Below the pieces are notes generated by a model. It was not told where the DNA came from, made no database searches, and worked only from the letters and a program-made list of their open reading frames with translations. A stretch of DNA of 62,202 bases, counting the filler, from Choristocarpus tenellus KU-1152 (lineage: Eukaryota > Protista > Phaeophyceae), in NCBI GenBank assembly GCA_964200185.2. It is 13 parts of 13 records of this genome, joined end to end, with 100 filler letters (N's around TTAATTAATTAA, not from the genome) between each part and the next. Parts side by side here need not be neighbours in the genome. Positions count along the whole stretch, not along the records: positions 1 to 4,023 come from CAXNAD020016621.1; positions 4,124 to 9,449 come from CAXNAD020011150.1; positions 9,550 to 15,588 come from CAXNAD020009098.1; 10 more parts are not named here. One strand, written 5' to 3'. Shown piece after piece: positions 1 through 10,130 of the stretch. The first letter of the stretch is position 1. Each line of letters opens with the position of its first letter. A program made the position numbers and the translations under genes.

Positions 1-1075
1 CCCCCCCCACCCATCCACATTAGGCCCAGTAGTGCATGGTAGAAAGTTGTAGCTGCGGCAACGATTGCATGATGTTTGGCATCTTGGAGTACAGGCAATC
101 GTGAAGTCATGTATTGGACTCTTTAGGATGAGTTGTAGGTGTATGGAACAGCTAAGGTTGATTTGTGGCAATACCTCTTACGGTGAGAAGTCATCGATAC
201 TTGAAAAGGCAGCTGGTGCCGATCTGTTTTGTGTCCCTGAACTGGGATGGAGATGTCAGAATTGAGTTTGTAGTACAAGTGGTAGGAACGAGGATGTGCA
301 TACAGGTCTATACATATGGAATCTCGTTGTTGCCCAGGTGGTTGTTGAATAGATAAGTTAATGTGCCCGCATTTGGCAAACTCTACTATTAATAGAGCAC
401 AATAGTGGGGGACTAGCCTCGCGATCTTAAGAAACACGACCAATAGTACCTCAGCTAGATTTATCATGGTTTGAAATATAGTGATTGAGAATTGCTTATT
501 TATCATGTTCTTCATGGTGTAGCAATCAGTCACTCATCGCCACAGATGGTGATACTGAACACCTTGACCAACTTGCCGTCAGAGTCAAGTTTGAACATGT
601 TTGATATTTTTATGGTGTGAGAAAGGACTCCTGAAAAAAGCAGGAGTGGTGCCCTGACAAACATTTTTTTTTTAACCATTACTTCAACATTGCTTGTTGC
701 TCACCTGTGGTTGTAAGGTGCTGTGATACCTAGCATAGGGGGGAAGGCCTGGCGTGGTTTCTCTCTTCCGTGACAATCAATACAACCTCCTCACAACAAG
801 AACACTGACCGTCTGTAATTAATTGTGTGAACTGTTTTACCCTTCCAAGATCTCCACCACGTAACCTCTGGGCCATACCTGATGGATTTGATGTAGATAT
901 GTTTTGTGCAATCAGTTGTAAGAATCTTACAAGTCCGCATTATCTAACTACTCCCGGAGTGTAACACAGTACAGGACAAGGAAAAAATATCAAGGGTCTT
1001 GAAACCCTCAGCCTGGGGAATGTAGTCAGTGATAGAAAGGGGAAAATAAAAAGTCTTGTAAGAAAAGGCCGATAG

Positions 1076-1254
1076 GACCCAAAGTATCTGGGAGGGGGTG
1101 GGGTCTACACCAGGGTGTCCATTTGTCCCCATGACCAGGAAAACTATACTTACATTATCCATTCGACGTATGCAGCCAAGTCACACAAAAATCGCGACAT
1201 GAAAAAATTGGCCCCAAATGGACAGTCGCCACCTACCCCCCAGATACTTGAGCC
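1076..1254 (-). mobile_element. MITE family A (~180 bp), complete copy
   Basis: Ends are GACCCAAAGTATCTGGG and CCCAGATACTTGAGCC, with inverted subterminal GTCCATTTG motifs. Flanks ATAG/GTAG (4-bp TSD, one mismatch). About 11 homologous copies occur in the window. Confidence 0.9.
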
Positions 1255-3427
1255 GTAGCAATTTATGTTCTGCTGGGTTTTATTAGAGGTAGCTAAAACA
1301 TGTACTGACTGAGTAGTCGTATCAAATGGTCCTCATAGTAAGTAGTATCATATTATTACTACTATTAATATTGTGAAAGGTACTATTTGGCTACTACTTC
1401 TACTGCCCATTGTTTCCCTCCAATGAAGTGATAGTATAATAGTGTGACAACATACCCTGGAGGATTTTACTGTTGTTGTAGGGGTTCATAACTGAGAGAG
1501 GGAGCAGGACAAGCAAGCATGGCGGCAACTTTGGCACACACAGAATTGCTGAGCCTCCGATTGATTACAAGACACTACTACCCACTACATACAGTCATTC
1601 CTTCTGTATCCTCCTTTGTCTACAAACCATACAAATCGTCTGTACCAACTTAGCAGGTAATAATGGGTTTGCAGTATTACCAGCAATGAATCTTGTCCAC
1701 AACTCTCGGCATGTATGTACATCATGTACACAGGTAAATACTTACGAGTGTGGTACTGGGGATGAATGGATGGGAGAACGTGATCTATACACAATATATC
1801 CATTGATACTGGGCAGGGAGGAGGGACTTGCTGAGTCCATAGTCAGTGGTAGGGATCCCAATCAGTTGGCAGCAAGAAGAGTGAAATCAACTGTAGTTGC
1901 TAATAAGACGATGGGATAAATATCGTCCCACGTACTACCTTGTACAAAGCAAAAATAACGTGTTTGAATAACAAAATACCTGTTCAATATCACTAATTAT
2001 TATTATTGTTGGTAGTAGTAGTAAATGTATTTTTGTTATCAGTCGTAGTACTACTACAACTAAGAGTAATGATGTGGTCGGCTCTATACTTTCACTTTTT
2101 GAGAGAACCAACAGTCACCTGGAGTACATGGTTGGGATTTTTGTGAAGACTAATGTATCAGTGGTAACAGTGATCAGTACATTTTTTCTAAGTGGTTGGT
2201 ATCATACTACTGCTACTACTACAGTAGTTGATTATGTTGTTGTGATCTTAGAACTCAAATGAGGCAGTGATGGATGTGTAATGCCTTGACAAAGTTGTTG
2301 CGAGCGAAACTTCATTTTTTTCCATGATCGGCTGTGTCTTGTGTTTGAACTTGGAAAGGGCTTACAAAACCTGCAAGCCTCTGGTAACCCAGTGCCCGAA
2401 ATGTGAAGTTACCCAACAAGCAGTTGTAAAATGCAGGTCTCTATTTGAGGCATGCTCAAAAAGAAACAATGCAGATGATTTGGCTACATAAAAGGAAATG
2501 GTAGAGGGTTTGTGTAGATGTGACTGTATTTCACCACAAAAGTATCTTTTCTGTACAGACAATCATGCACTTGCACTAGGTATACACTGATTATGTGTAT
2601 GATCCAGTACTTGGTGTACATCAGGAACTGGAACCAAAAGGGGCTCCTCTTGTACTGAATGTGAGCTCTTGTGAGTTGGTATGTGCCTTGGATGCCTGCA
2701 CAGCAACAAATATTCACCTCGTGCCATTGTGGCTTGTCTATTGCCCTGACTTCACCCATACCAAGTTTTATGTACAGCCTGCAGTTTCAGGGGTTTGCAT
2801 GCACAGCCTTGGTAAATCGGTTGATCTGTAATGCTCGGTGCTCCATGTGTAGGTGCTCCCATTACAAAACATCTTGTTGACACTCATTACTTGACACAAA
2901 TATACGATAAATAACTCATAAAATTATGCAATCTTTTACATGCTCACTAGAGCTTTGCCAGTGGAGGATCACAGAAAGGTCTAGAACAGCCCTTGCTTGG
3001 ACTATATATACAATGTACTCCAACCAGAATAAGTCGAGTTCAGGACAAAACTCACTATGTCAGTTACAGCATCACGGGAGTGAAAGCAACCCTGAAAAGA
3101 TGTGCAGAAAGATGCTAGACTAGGAGGAAGTCGGTGTCCAACGCACACATGAAGAGTCTCTACTGTATGAGGGCTTTCCAAAATTTTGAGTGACGCAAGG
3201 AAGACATCCCCGTAATTTTTTGAAGGGATGGTGCACAGGAATGAATACCATTTCTTTGCCTTTTATTCTATTATTTCTACCACACATGGGGGTTCTAGTG
3301 GTCGTAACAAAAAAATTGATCATTGTGTGGGATGACAGTGGAGTTGCGTGCTACATAGTACAGATGGAGAAGAGAGCAACCTTATTGGCACGTGGCACAT
3401 GAAAGTATGGGAAACACCGCATCCGCA

Positions 3428-4018
3428 TCAATGGAATCCACCCTGAGTCCACCTAGTGTACAGAGACGCAAGAGCCTGCTGGGCCGGTTGGATGGCAGTG
3501 GGACTTAGAACATTGGGTTCAATGCATGATCGTAGACCTTCCATGATCTTCTTGTTGGCATTGTTGTATACTTGAACACACCGCAACGCCATACGCACGT
3601 AGTCCTCAAAGCTCGCTCCATCATTAGGGGGCAGCCGTAAAGAGGCATCCACCATCACCACCCACCGGTCTTCCTTGCGTGTTTGCATTAGGCGTTGGCC
3701 AATGGCCTGCTTTTGCTGTTGATGTTGATCAGTTTGAAGCTGTTGCTGTTGCTGGTGTTGGTGCTGATTCTGTGGCGGTTGGGGTGGGGGTTGATGGGAG
3801 ATTCTAGGAGATCCCATTATCCCCTGTGACACCACTGGCCCTGGAACACCGCTGTATCGTAAGTGAGGGACATGGGGTGATTGACTGTCAATGGAAAGAG
3901 AACCTTGGCCAGCAGATGTGGGCGTTGCAGTTGCCTGCGGAGGCATGCTCCCCAGATGCCCTTGGGCCTGGGAAATGATGGGTTGCAAGCCTCCCCCAAG
4001 GCCTGGTGTTTGGTGCAT
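3428..4018 (-). CDS. Gln/Pro-rich ORF of unknown function (196 aa), open towards the contig end; possibly the N-terminal part of a decayed transposon gene
   Basis: Long ORF with a poly-Q tract followed by a globular-looking segment (RWVVMVDASLRLPPNDGASFEDYVRMALRC). Downstream minus-strand sequence (about 2360-3420) reads as stop-riddled coding-like fragments. No family recognised. Confidence 0.35.
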   Translation of the reverse strand: MHQTPGLGGGLQPIISQAQGHLGSMPPQATATPTSAGQGSLSIDSQSPHVPHLRYSGVPGPVVSQGIMGSPRISHQPPPQPPQNQHQHQQQQQLQTDQHQQQKQAIGQRLMQTRKEDRWVVMVDASLRLPPNDGASFEDYVRMALRCVQVYNNANKKIMEGLRSCIEPNVLSPTAIQPAQQALASLYTRWTQGGFH

Positions 4019-4023
4019 TCCCC

Positions 4024-4123
4024 NNNNNNNNNNNNNNNNNNNNNNNNNNNNNNNNNNNNNNNNNNNNTTAATTAATTAANNNNNNNNNNNNNNNNNNNNN
4101 NNNNNNNNNNNNNNNNNNNNNNN
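4024..4123. other. Artificial contig linker (N44-TTAATTAATTAA-N44)
   Basis: Stop codons in all six frames inside N runs. Identical linkers lie at 9450-9549, 15589-15688, 18639-18738, 21522-21621, 26883-26982, 31060-31159, 38256-38355, 41534-41633, 48542-48641, 52071-52170 and 59232-59331. Confidence 0.99.
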
Positions 4124-4326
4124 GCTTCCCGTGGGGTTTTTTTTTTTTTTTTCCTACTCAAAAATGTTTCGGAGTAGTTAAATTGTATACGTAATGAAAA
4201 GGTGTGTCCGGAACATGGATATGGACACTTTCTAACAAACTCTTTACCAAAAATTACATCGAAATCGCAACATTAGATTTTGACCCCCAAATGGACAGGG
4301 CTCGACCCTCTAAGATACTTTGGCTC
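4124..4326 (+). mobile_element. MITE family B (~260 bp), 5'-truncated by contig start
   Basis: Ends in CCCTCTAAGATACTTTGGCTC and aligns by eye with the copies at 17176, 18102, 49370 and 54202. Confidence 0.9.
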
Positions 4327-4760
4327 CCTGTAGATACTGCAATTGGTCTGATTCTTCTTGTGGAACACTTCGATGACTGCATTCTTCCAAGCCTGTCGCA
4401 AATCTTCCTGGTTCCTTAAGCCTAACATAATCTTGTGGAATCTCTGGAGAACAATCTCATCCTCATATAGGACAGGTCTAAGAAATTTCGCTGGGACTAC
4501 CTCGACCCATCAAGCTCCAATTTACCATAGCCTGGATTGCTTCAGCCACCTCTATTAGTATTAGTGCATTATCACAAGTGCCATGCAAGTGGATTGTTGG
4601 TATTAGATATCAGCATTGTAGACCTCGAGATTGGACCGACTTTGCACATAAGAGCACTTCATAGGGTCATGTCCACCGTCCTGTGATGAGTCCTTGCTCT
4701 CTCAGTAGCCTGCCAGATTTGTTGTGGATATGCTAGAAGCTCTTGCTCTCTCAATAATTG
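4327..4760 (-). mobile_element. Decayed RTE-clade non-LTR retrotransposon, RT N-terminal fragment
   Basis: Minus strand reads EVAEAIQAMVN...VPAKFLRPVL...RFHKIMLGLRNQEDLRQAWKNAVIEVFHKKNQTNCSIYR, matching the LINE W-K-x-A-x-I...KK...C-x-N-Y-R motif. It is cut at YR by the MITE B copy. Confidence 0.75.
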
Positions 4761-5354
4761 AACTTGTTAAAGAGTTTAGAATTAGTTCCGAAAATATTTG
4801 GTAACTATTGAGGAGTAGTGGTATTGCGTCCATGTCAACTACGGTGAAATCCAAGAGAGTGAAAAATACTGAATGTGAGGGGTATATAGTAAATGAATTT
4901 AGTAGGTCAAGATTTTTTATTTAGTAGGAACAGGTCTACTGTCCCTGAATGGTGATCTTGTCGGAAAGATTGTATAAGTGTGTTGATTTTTAGAACATTA
5001 GTTTTTTTTTTGGAACAGGAACACAATATTTTGATCTTTTGGCATCTTGAACTTTTAAAATGTAAAACCCAACAGTTCGAAATTTGGCAAGCGCTTTTCT
5101 GGCGGAACTTGAATAATGAATTATATACATCTGTCCACTTCAAGTCCCACCCACCTTCCTCCTACCAGCATCAAATCCCTTCTGAGTCACCAGTTACCAC
5201 AATATCAGCGAGGAAGCGTAGCATAGGTAGGTGTAGAATATAGTTGACCTAGACTTCTCAAACATGTCTATGTTAGGTAGGGCTAGAAAAGGAGTTATGG
5301 TAGTGTTTTTGTCGATTGGGGGTGAAAAATACTGAAGATTAGAATAATGACAAA

Positions 5355-5750
5355 TGAAAATCGTGTGATTCTGTGGCGGCGTGGTTCACTCAGGGAAGGA
5401 TGGCAAAGAGAATCACCGGGCAAGAAAGACCAAACGAACAAAGACGAACCGTAACCGAGGGTACGAGGTTAAGGTTGGACACGCGTAAATTGAGGAGTGA
5501 TGAGCATAATCGAAGACGGGGCTTCATCATCTGTCAAGACGTGAGAACAAAGTGGATCTTCCATGTGTGATAACTCTGAATGACGAGCTGTCCCGTCCCT
5601 AGTCACGTGAAAATATTCCATGGTCTGACGGAGGGTCCTGAAGTGGAATCATGGATGCTTGACTGGGAACCTCAATCGGTACAACGGTATAACGGTATAT
5701 GGCATACTGCAATAACGGTATCACAACGAACAAACGTGCTTTCCACATCA
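5355..5750 (-). repeat. 3' LTR of the gypsy element
   Basis: Shares AATCGTGYGATTCTGTGGCGGCGTGGTT-ACTCAGGGAAGG-TGGCAAAGAGAATCA with 9329-9389. Has TG/CA termini and an adjacent polypurine tract. Confidence 0.8.
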
Positions 5751-6103
5751 CCCCCACTTTTGATCGGCCTTGAAGTCATGTAAACATGATTCAAGGCCAA
5801 CCAAAAAGTGAGCTCTGGGAGCGAAATGGGAAATATGTGTGACTGTTAGTATACTATTGCACCATTGTATTACACGACTCCATTAAATACAAAATGAATT
5901 GTAAAATGTAAACGAGGCTCACGATGTATATCTTATCAGGATAACATGTCCTGAAGGTTGATGGTGTGTGGTCAGCACACTCATCAAGCTTACGAGGTCT
6001 GAGAGTATGGCATCAGCACATCAATCAGCCTAAAGACGAGGAGAGAGGTATATGTGGCCAGCATATGGGGTCTCTAGTATCTTGTATAAAACAGAGGATA
6101 CGC

Positions 6104-7121
6104 TCAGAATGGGGATACGAGAACCGGAGCGGCAGTGAGCAATTGTTTTACTTTAAAAAATGTCACATCCTGGTCCAATTCCCATTCTTTATCCATTCTT
6201 TTACTGACACCTTCGTTAGTGAGATGAACTGACGGTTCGATTACTGTGGCTAAGTTGGGTATGAATTTACGCACAAAATTAACCCTACCTAGGACAGATA
6301 GATCGAAGTTCTTTGATGGTGGTGGGTTTGGGTAATTCAGTGATTGCACGAACACGATGTTCACCGATACGAATTCCTTCAGACGAAAAAATGTGACCCA
6401 GGTAATATACTTCTTTGGGTTCGAATTGGATCTTTGATGGTTTCAAGGTTAAACTTGCTGCTTGTAAAGCTTTGAATTGCTGTTCTAGTAAGTGTAGATG
6501 TCCTTCCCATGTGGGAGAACAAGCAATCAGATCATCCATGTAAACTAGCAACCCACTCAGTGGACCAAAGTTTGCAAAGGCTAAGGACATGATTCTTTGA
6601 AATTGCCAAGGGGCATTTGATATCCCAAAGGGCATCCTCTTAAAAACATATTTGCCTCTGGACGTCACAAAAGCAGTTTTATCAATGTCCTCCTCAGCAA
6701 CAGGAATATGCCAATACGTATTCTGAATATTACAAACGGTGATAAATTTGGCACCCCCAACAGTATCAATATGAGACTCCATATCAGGCACAGGCCAAGT
6801 CTGTCGAACAAGGTGTTTGTTAACAGTTGACCTACAGTCCACACAGAATCGTGGGGAGTCATCAGATTTGGCCACAATAGTGACAGGACTACCCCAAGGG
6901 CTGGCACGTTTTTCAATAATGCCTTGTTCTTCCATAGTATTAACACACGAGTCAATTACTTGTTGAGTACGGGGGTTTTCTCTGTAAGGGTTCCTGTCAA
7001 CAGGTTTTGTACCAGGCTCTATAGGAATGTCTGCTTCAGCTAGAGTACATCTGCCGAGTTCTGCTGCATTCAACGAAAATAACGATCTATAATGAGCACA
7101 GAGATCTAAAAGCTGGTACAC
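6104..7121 (-). pseudogene. Gypsy pol fragment: reverse transcriptase (YMDD) plus frameshifted RT/RNase H connection
   Basis: Motifs SPWGSPVTIVAK, PRFCVDCR, KTAFVT, FKRMPFGISNAP, LVYMDDLI and YLGHI, then VNFVRKFIPNLATVIEP and FFKVKQLLTAAPVL in another frame. Confidence 0.92.
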
Positions 7122-7261
7122 TTGTGACTGATTGAACGTGGTATCTTTGAATGCTTTTGACTTGGTGAAGGCTTGATGTAACTCCTCTCTAGCTTTACTG
7201 AATGGAGCAGAATCAGTATTTAGAGCACTAACAGTGATTGGTATCTGATCAGAAATTGGGG

Positions 7262-8015
7262 TTAAGTGACCTCTATCACTAGATGCTTCTTGAGACGTAC
7301 TTTCCGTGTTGTTGGATTTTCCATTTGAACCAATACTGATCTATTACTTGCTGACCAAGTACTGAGGGTGCGAGCAGCTACGATACGATTCCATGGGTGT
7401 GGAAGTTCAGTGGTTTGATCTACAGCAGGCATGGAGTGTATGACTGGTTCCACTACCACGGCAGTATCCAACAACGGACTAGTATTAGTTGTGCAATGTA
7501 CCATGATTTCATGACCAGGTGGTATTTTATGCTGTTTATGTACACGAACGGGTACAGGGTCCAAATCATGTTGCACACTCACCACAGAACACGAAGGAGT
7601 GGTACATGTATCACGTACTTGAGTGGGGCTCCTTGTCATGAGATGTCTTGCTGAGATGGTACACGCACTGTTGTGGAATGAAAGACGTTGTTCTTGCCAA
7701 TCAAGGATTGCACCGAAGGTCTGCATAACACTATTATCAAGCAGAATTTTATTGGGACCAAGTTGGGGAATCACTAAAGCTTCAAACGGCAATGTGGTGT
7801 CACCAAGTGTAAGTGCAAAACGATTAAATCCACGGATATGCAATGGTGAACCATTTGCTGTACGTAGATTTATTGCACCAGGTGGGACCGGATTGCCAAG
7901 TCATTTTCTTCATGTTCTTCAACGGTGCCAGATACACAAAACCTTTGTGATGAAAACGATAAAGGTTTGGGCGTCGATGAGTATCTGCACAAAGAGCTGT
8001 TGAACCAAGTTTCAT
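7262..8015 (-). pseudogene. Gypsy aspartic protease region and spacer, frameshifted
   Basis: Lies between gag and RT. FALTLGDTTLPFEALVIPQLGPNKILLDNSVMQTFGAILDW resembles the retropepsin C-terminal ILG-D-L...ID-W pattern. Confidence 0.65.
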
Positions 8016-8212
8016 TATTATTACACGAGTTTGGTTGAACTAATGGCAAAGAAAAATGCTTAGTGACATGCGTGTAGGTAATAAACGATGCCTGCGGGGC
8101 AAGAGGTGCAACTGGTGTCAACCTCTGACGCTTGCCACTCCCTACGATGGTGTCAACAACACCATGACTGTTCCCAAGGGGACAGGAGTCAAATCCACCT
8201 GGGCACCCACCC

Positions 8213-9300
8213 CTAGGGACGAGGTCCATAATGGCCTGGTACTGACTGTCTATCTTCACGAACGCGAACACGACCTCCATGACCCCTGCCTCTACAACGC
8301 AAGTGTGGTAAACAAGCACCCCTCTGATTGTCCAGGCATGACTGGGTTGTGTGACCCTCACGAGTCGCTGCCTGGCAACCCAGGTATTGGCATACACTAA
8401 CTTGGTGATCCATGGTGTACTGCAAGTTGGATGGTGACTCTGCGTAGGGTGACATGTCTTGGGGTCGTGTAGTACTGTCAGTGTCCCTGGCTGTGGGAGG
8501 TGGTCTTGTCAACGACCGAGCTGGGGCTCTGTTGAGAGGTGTTTCCCCCACTTGGTGACGTTCCACCTCTGTACAGGGCCGTTGACATTCGCGCTGTAAT
8601 TGCTCGAATTCTGTACGGTGGACATGTCCATGACGAGGATTATGGGTCACAGCACTCATATAAGTTGTTGTGGGGGTGGGATTATTGCCAGACAGATTGT
8701 TAGCTTCATGCCGTTTGGCACAGTAACGAGCTTGGGCAAACGAGGTGGCGGGTTTGTCCTGAATGTGATCGGTGCCCATTCCCCGAACTTGGAGCTTTAG
8801 CAGGCCCTGAAGCCATTCAGGAGGCACGGTGTTCGTTCTTGCGCACTCGTTGACGTGGTGTGCGATGAATGCTGGTACAGCATCACCGAACTTGGCCTGC
8901 GAAATGGCCACCTCACAAGTAGTGGAACTTGGAGGCGGGACTGATTCTTCCTGAAACAGGACCCAACGAGTGTCACAGTCACCCGGGCTAACACGATGCT
9001 CAAGGGTCGACGACACGGGTCTGGTATGAGCCTGACGATCTGTATGAGGGGAAGGAGGGAACTGCGTCTACGTTCAGCAAGTGTGATAGTACTGCATGAC
9101 GTCGAGTCGATACTAGACGAGTCAGAATCAATACGGGTTGAAGACTTCATATCTTCCGTGGACTCGTGGCCTTGGGTCTCGTCTTCTGGTGCTCTGGATG
9201 GCTCCAGATCTGGAGTTATGTGCTCTTGTGCACGACGTCTTCACCTCAATCTTGAGTTCGGCATCTTTCATCCGTGGTCAAACAGAAATTCCCCGTCACC
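8213..9300 (-). pseudogene. Gypsy gag remnant with degenerate zinc knuckles
   Basis: Overlapping frameshifted ORFs immediately after the PBS, with Cys/His clusters CQAATREGHTTQSC and RCRGRGH at the 3' end. Confidence 0.6.
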
Positions 9301-9389
9301 CTATTTCTGAGGACACCGGTGTCACCAATGTGAATCGTGCGATTCTGTGGCGGCGTGGTTAACTCAGGGAAGGGTGGCAAAGAGAATCA

Positions 9390-9449
9390 GGCTCAAATTA
9401 TCTGGGAGGGGGTGGCGGCTGTCCATTTGGGGTCAATTTTTGTATGTCG
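9390..9449 (+). mobile_element. MITE family A end inserted in the gypsy 5' LTR (cut by contig end)
   Basis: GGCTCAAATTATCTGGGAGGGGGTGGCGGCTGTCCATTTGGGG starts exactly where LTR homology to the 3' LTR stops. Confidence 0.85.
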
Positions 9450-9593
9450 NNNNNNNNNNNNNNNNNNNNNNNNNNNNNNNNNNNNNNNNNNNNTTAATTA
9501 ATTAANNNNNNNNNNNNNNNNNNNNNNNNNNNNNNNNNNNNNNNNNNNNGGATTGTGTGGTTGATCCGGGGGGAAGGGAGACGCAGCACCGGC

Positions 9594-9771
9594 GGGGGGG
9601 GGGGGGGGGGGGGGGGGGGGTCTACACCAGGGTGTCCATTTGGGCCCTGACCAAGAAAAGTGCACTTACATTATCCATTAAACACGTGCAACCATATCAC
9701 CCAAAAATTGCAACATGAAAAAATTGACCCCAAATGGACAGCCGCCATCCCCCACCCAGATACTTTGAGCC
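9594..9771 (-). mobile_element. MITE family A copy
   Basis: Poly-G, then TCTACACCAGGGTGTCCATTTGGG ... CCCAGATACTTTGAGCC. Confidence 0.85.
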
Positions 9772-10130
9772 TAATGAAGTCTGTAAGAGATTGTTCTTTT
9801 TGCAGACTCCCTTAGCACTGATCCTAAAGGGCTCAGGCACCACGTACGAAAAGAAAGATTGCAGGTTGAATGTAACCCAATAGATTGATGCCAGACTGAG
9901 TATTCTTGTATTATCTGTGTACCACGTAGCGTTATATCATTTCACGGGCCATACATCCCCTACCTCTAATTTGTTTTCATTGTTGATCTATTCATGAATC
10001 CAAAATCTTTATACTATCGTCTTTCATGCGGGCTGAGGTTGCGTCCTTTAAGTGCATCGAAGCTACATACAGTACACACTACCCCCTTCTCATCATCTCA
10101 ATCTAAGGGGCATAGATATTGGCAAGCATA

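Larger units (their letters stand above)
5355..9389 (-). mobile_element. Ty3/gypsy LTR retrotransposon, frameshifted and internally deleted
   Basis: 3' LTR at 5355-5750 (TG...CA) preceded on the minus strand by PPT AAAGTGGGGG (5751-5760). The matching 5' LTR part at 9329-9389 is followed by PBS-like TGGTGACACCGG. Internal order is gag-like (about 8200-9300), protease region (about 7260-8000), RT, then the start of RNase H. Confidence 0.9.

Noticed and set aside
4024-4123. Regularly recurring TTAATTAATTAA palindrome between N runs
   Set aside because: Artificial six-frame-stop linker. Gene neighbourhoods across linkers (for example CesA-like near TRRAP or the protease) are therefore not evidence of a cluster.
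7397-9362. Several plus-strand ORFs
   Set aside because: Antisense to the gypsy gag-pol, with no independent motifs.
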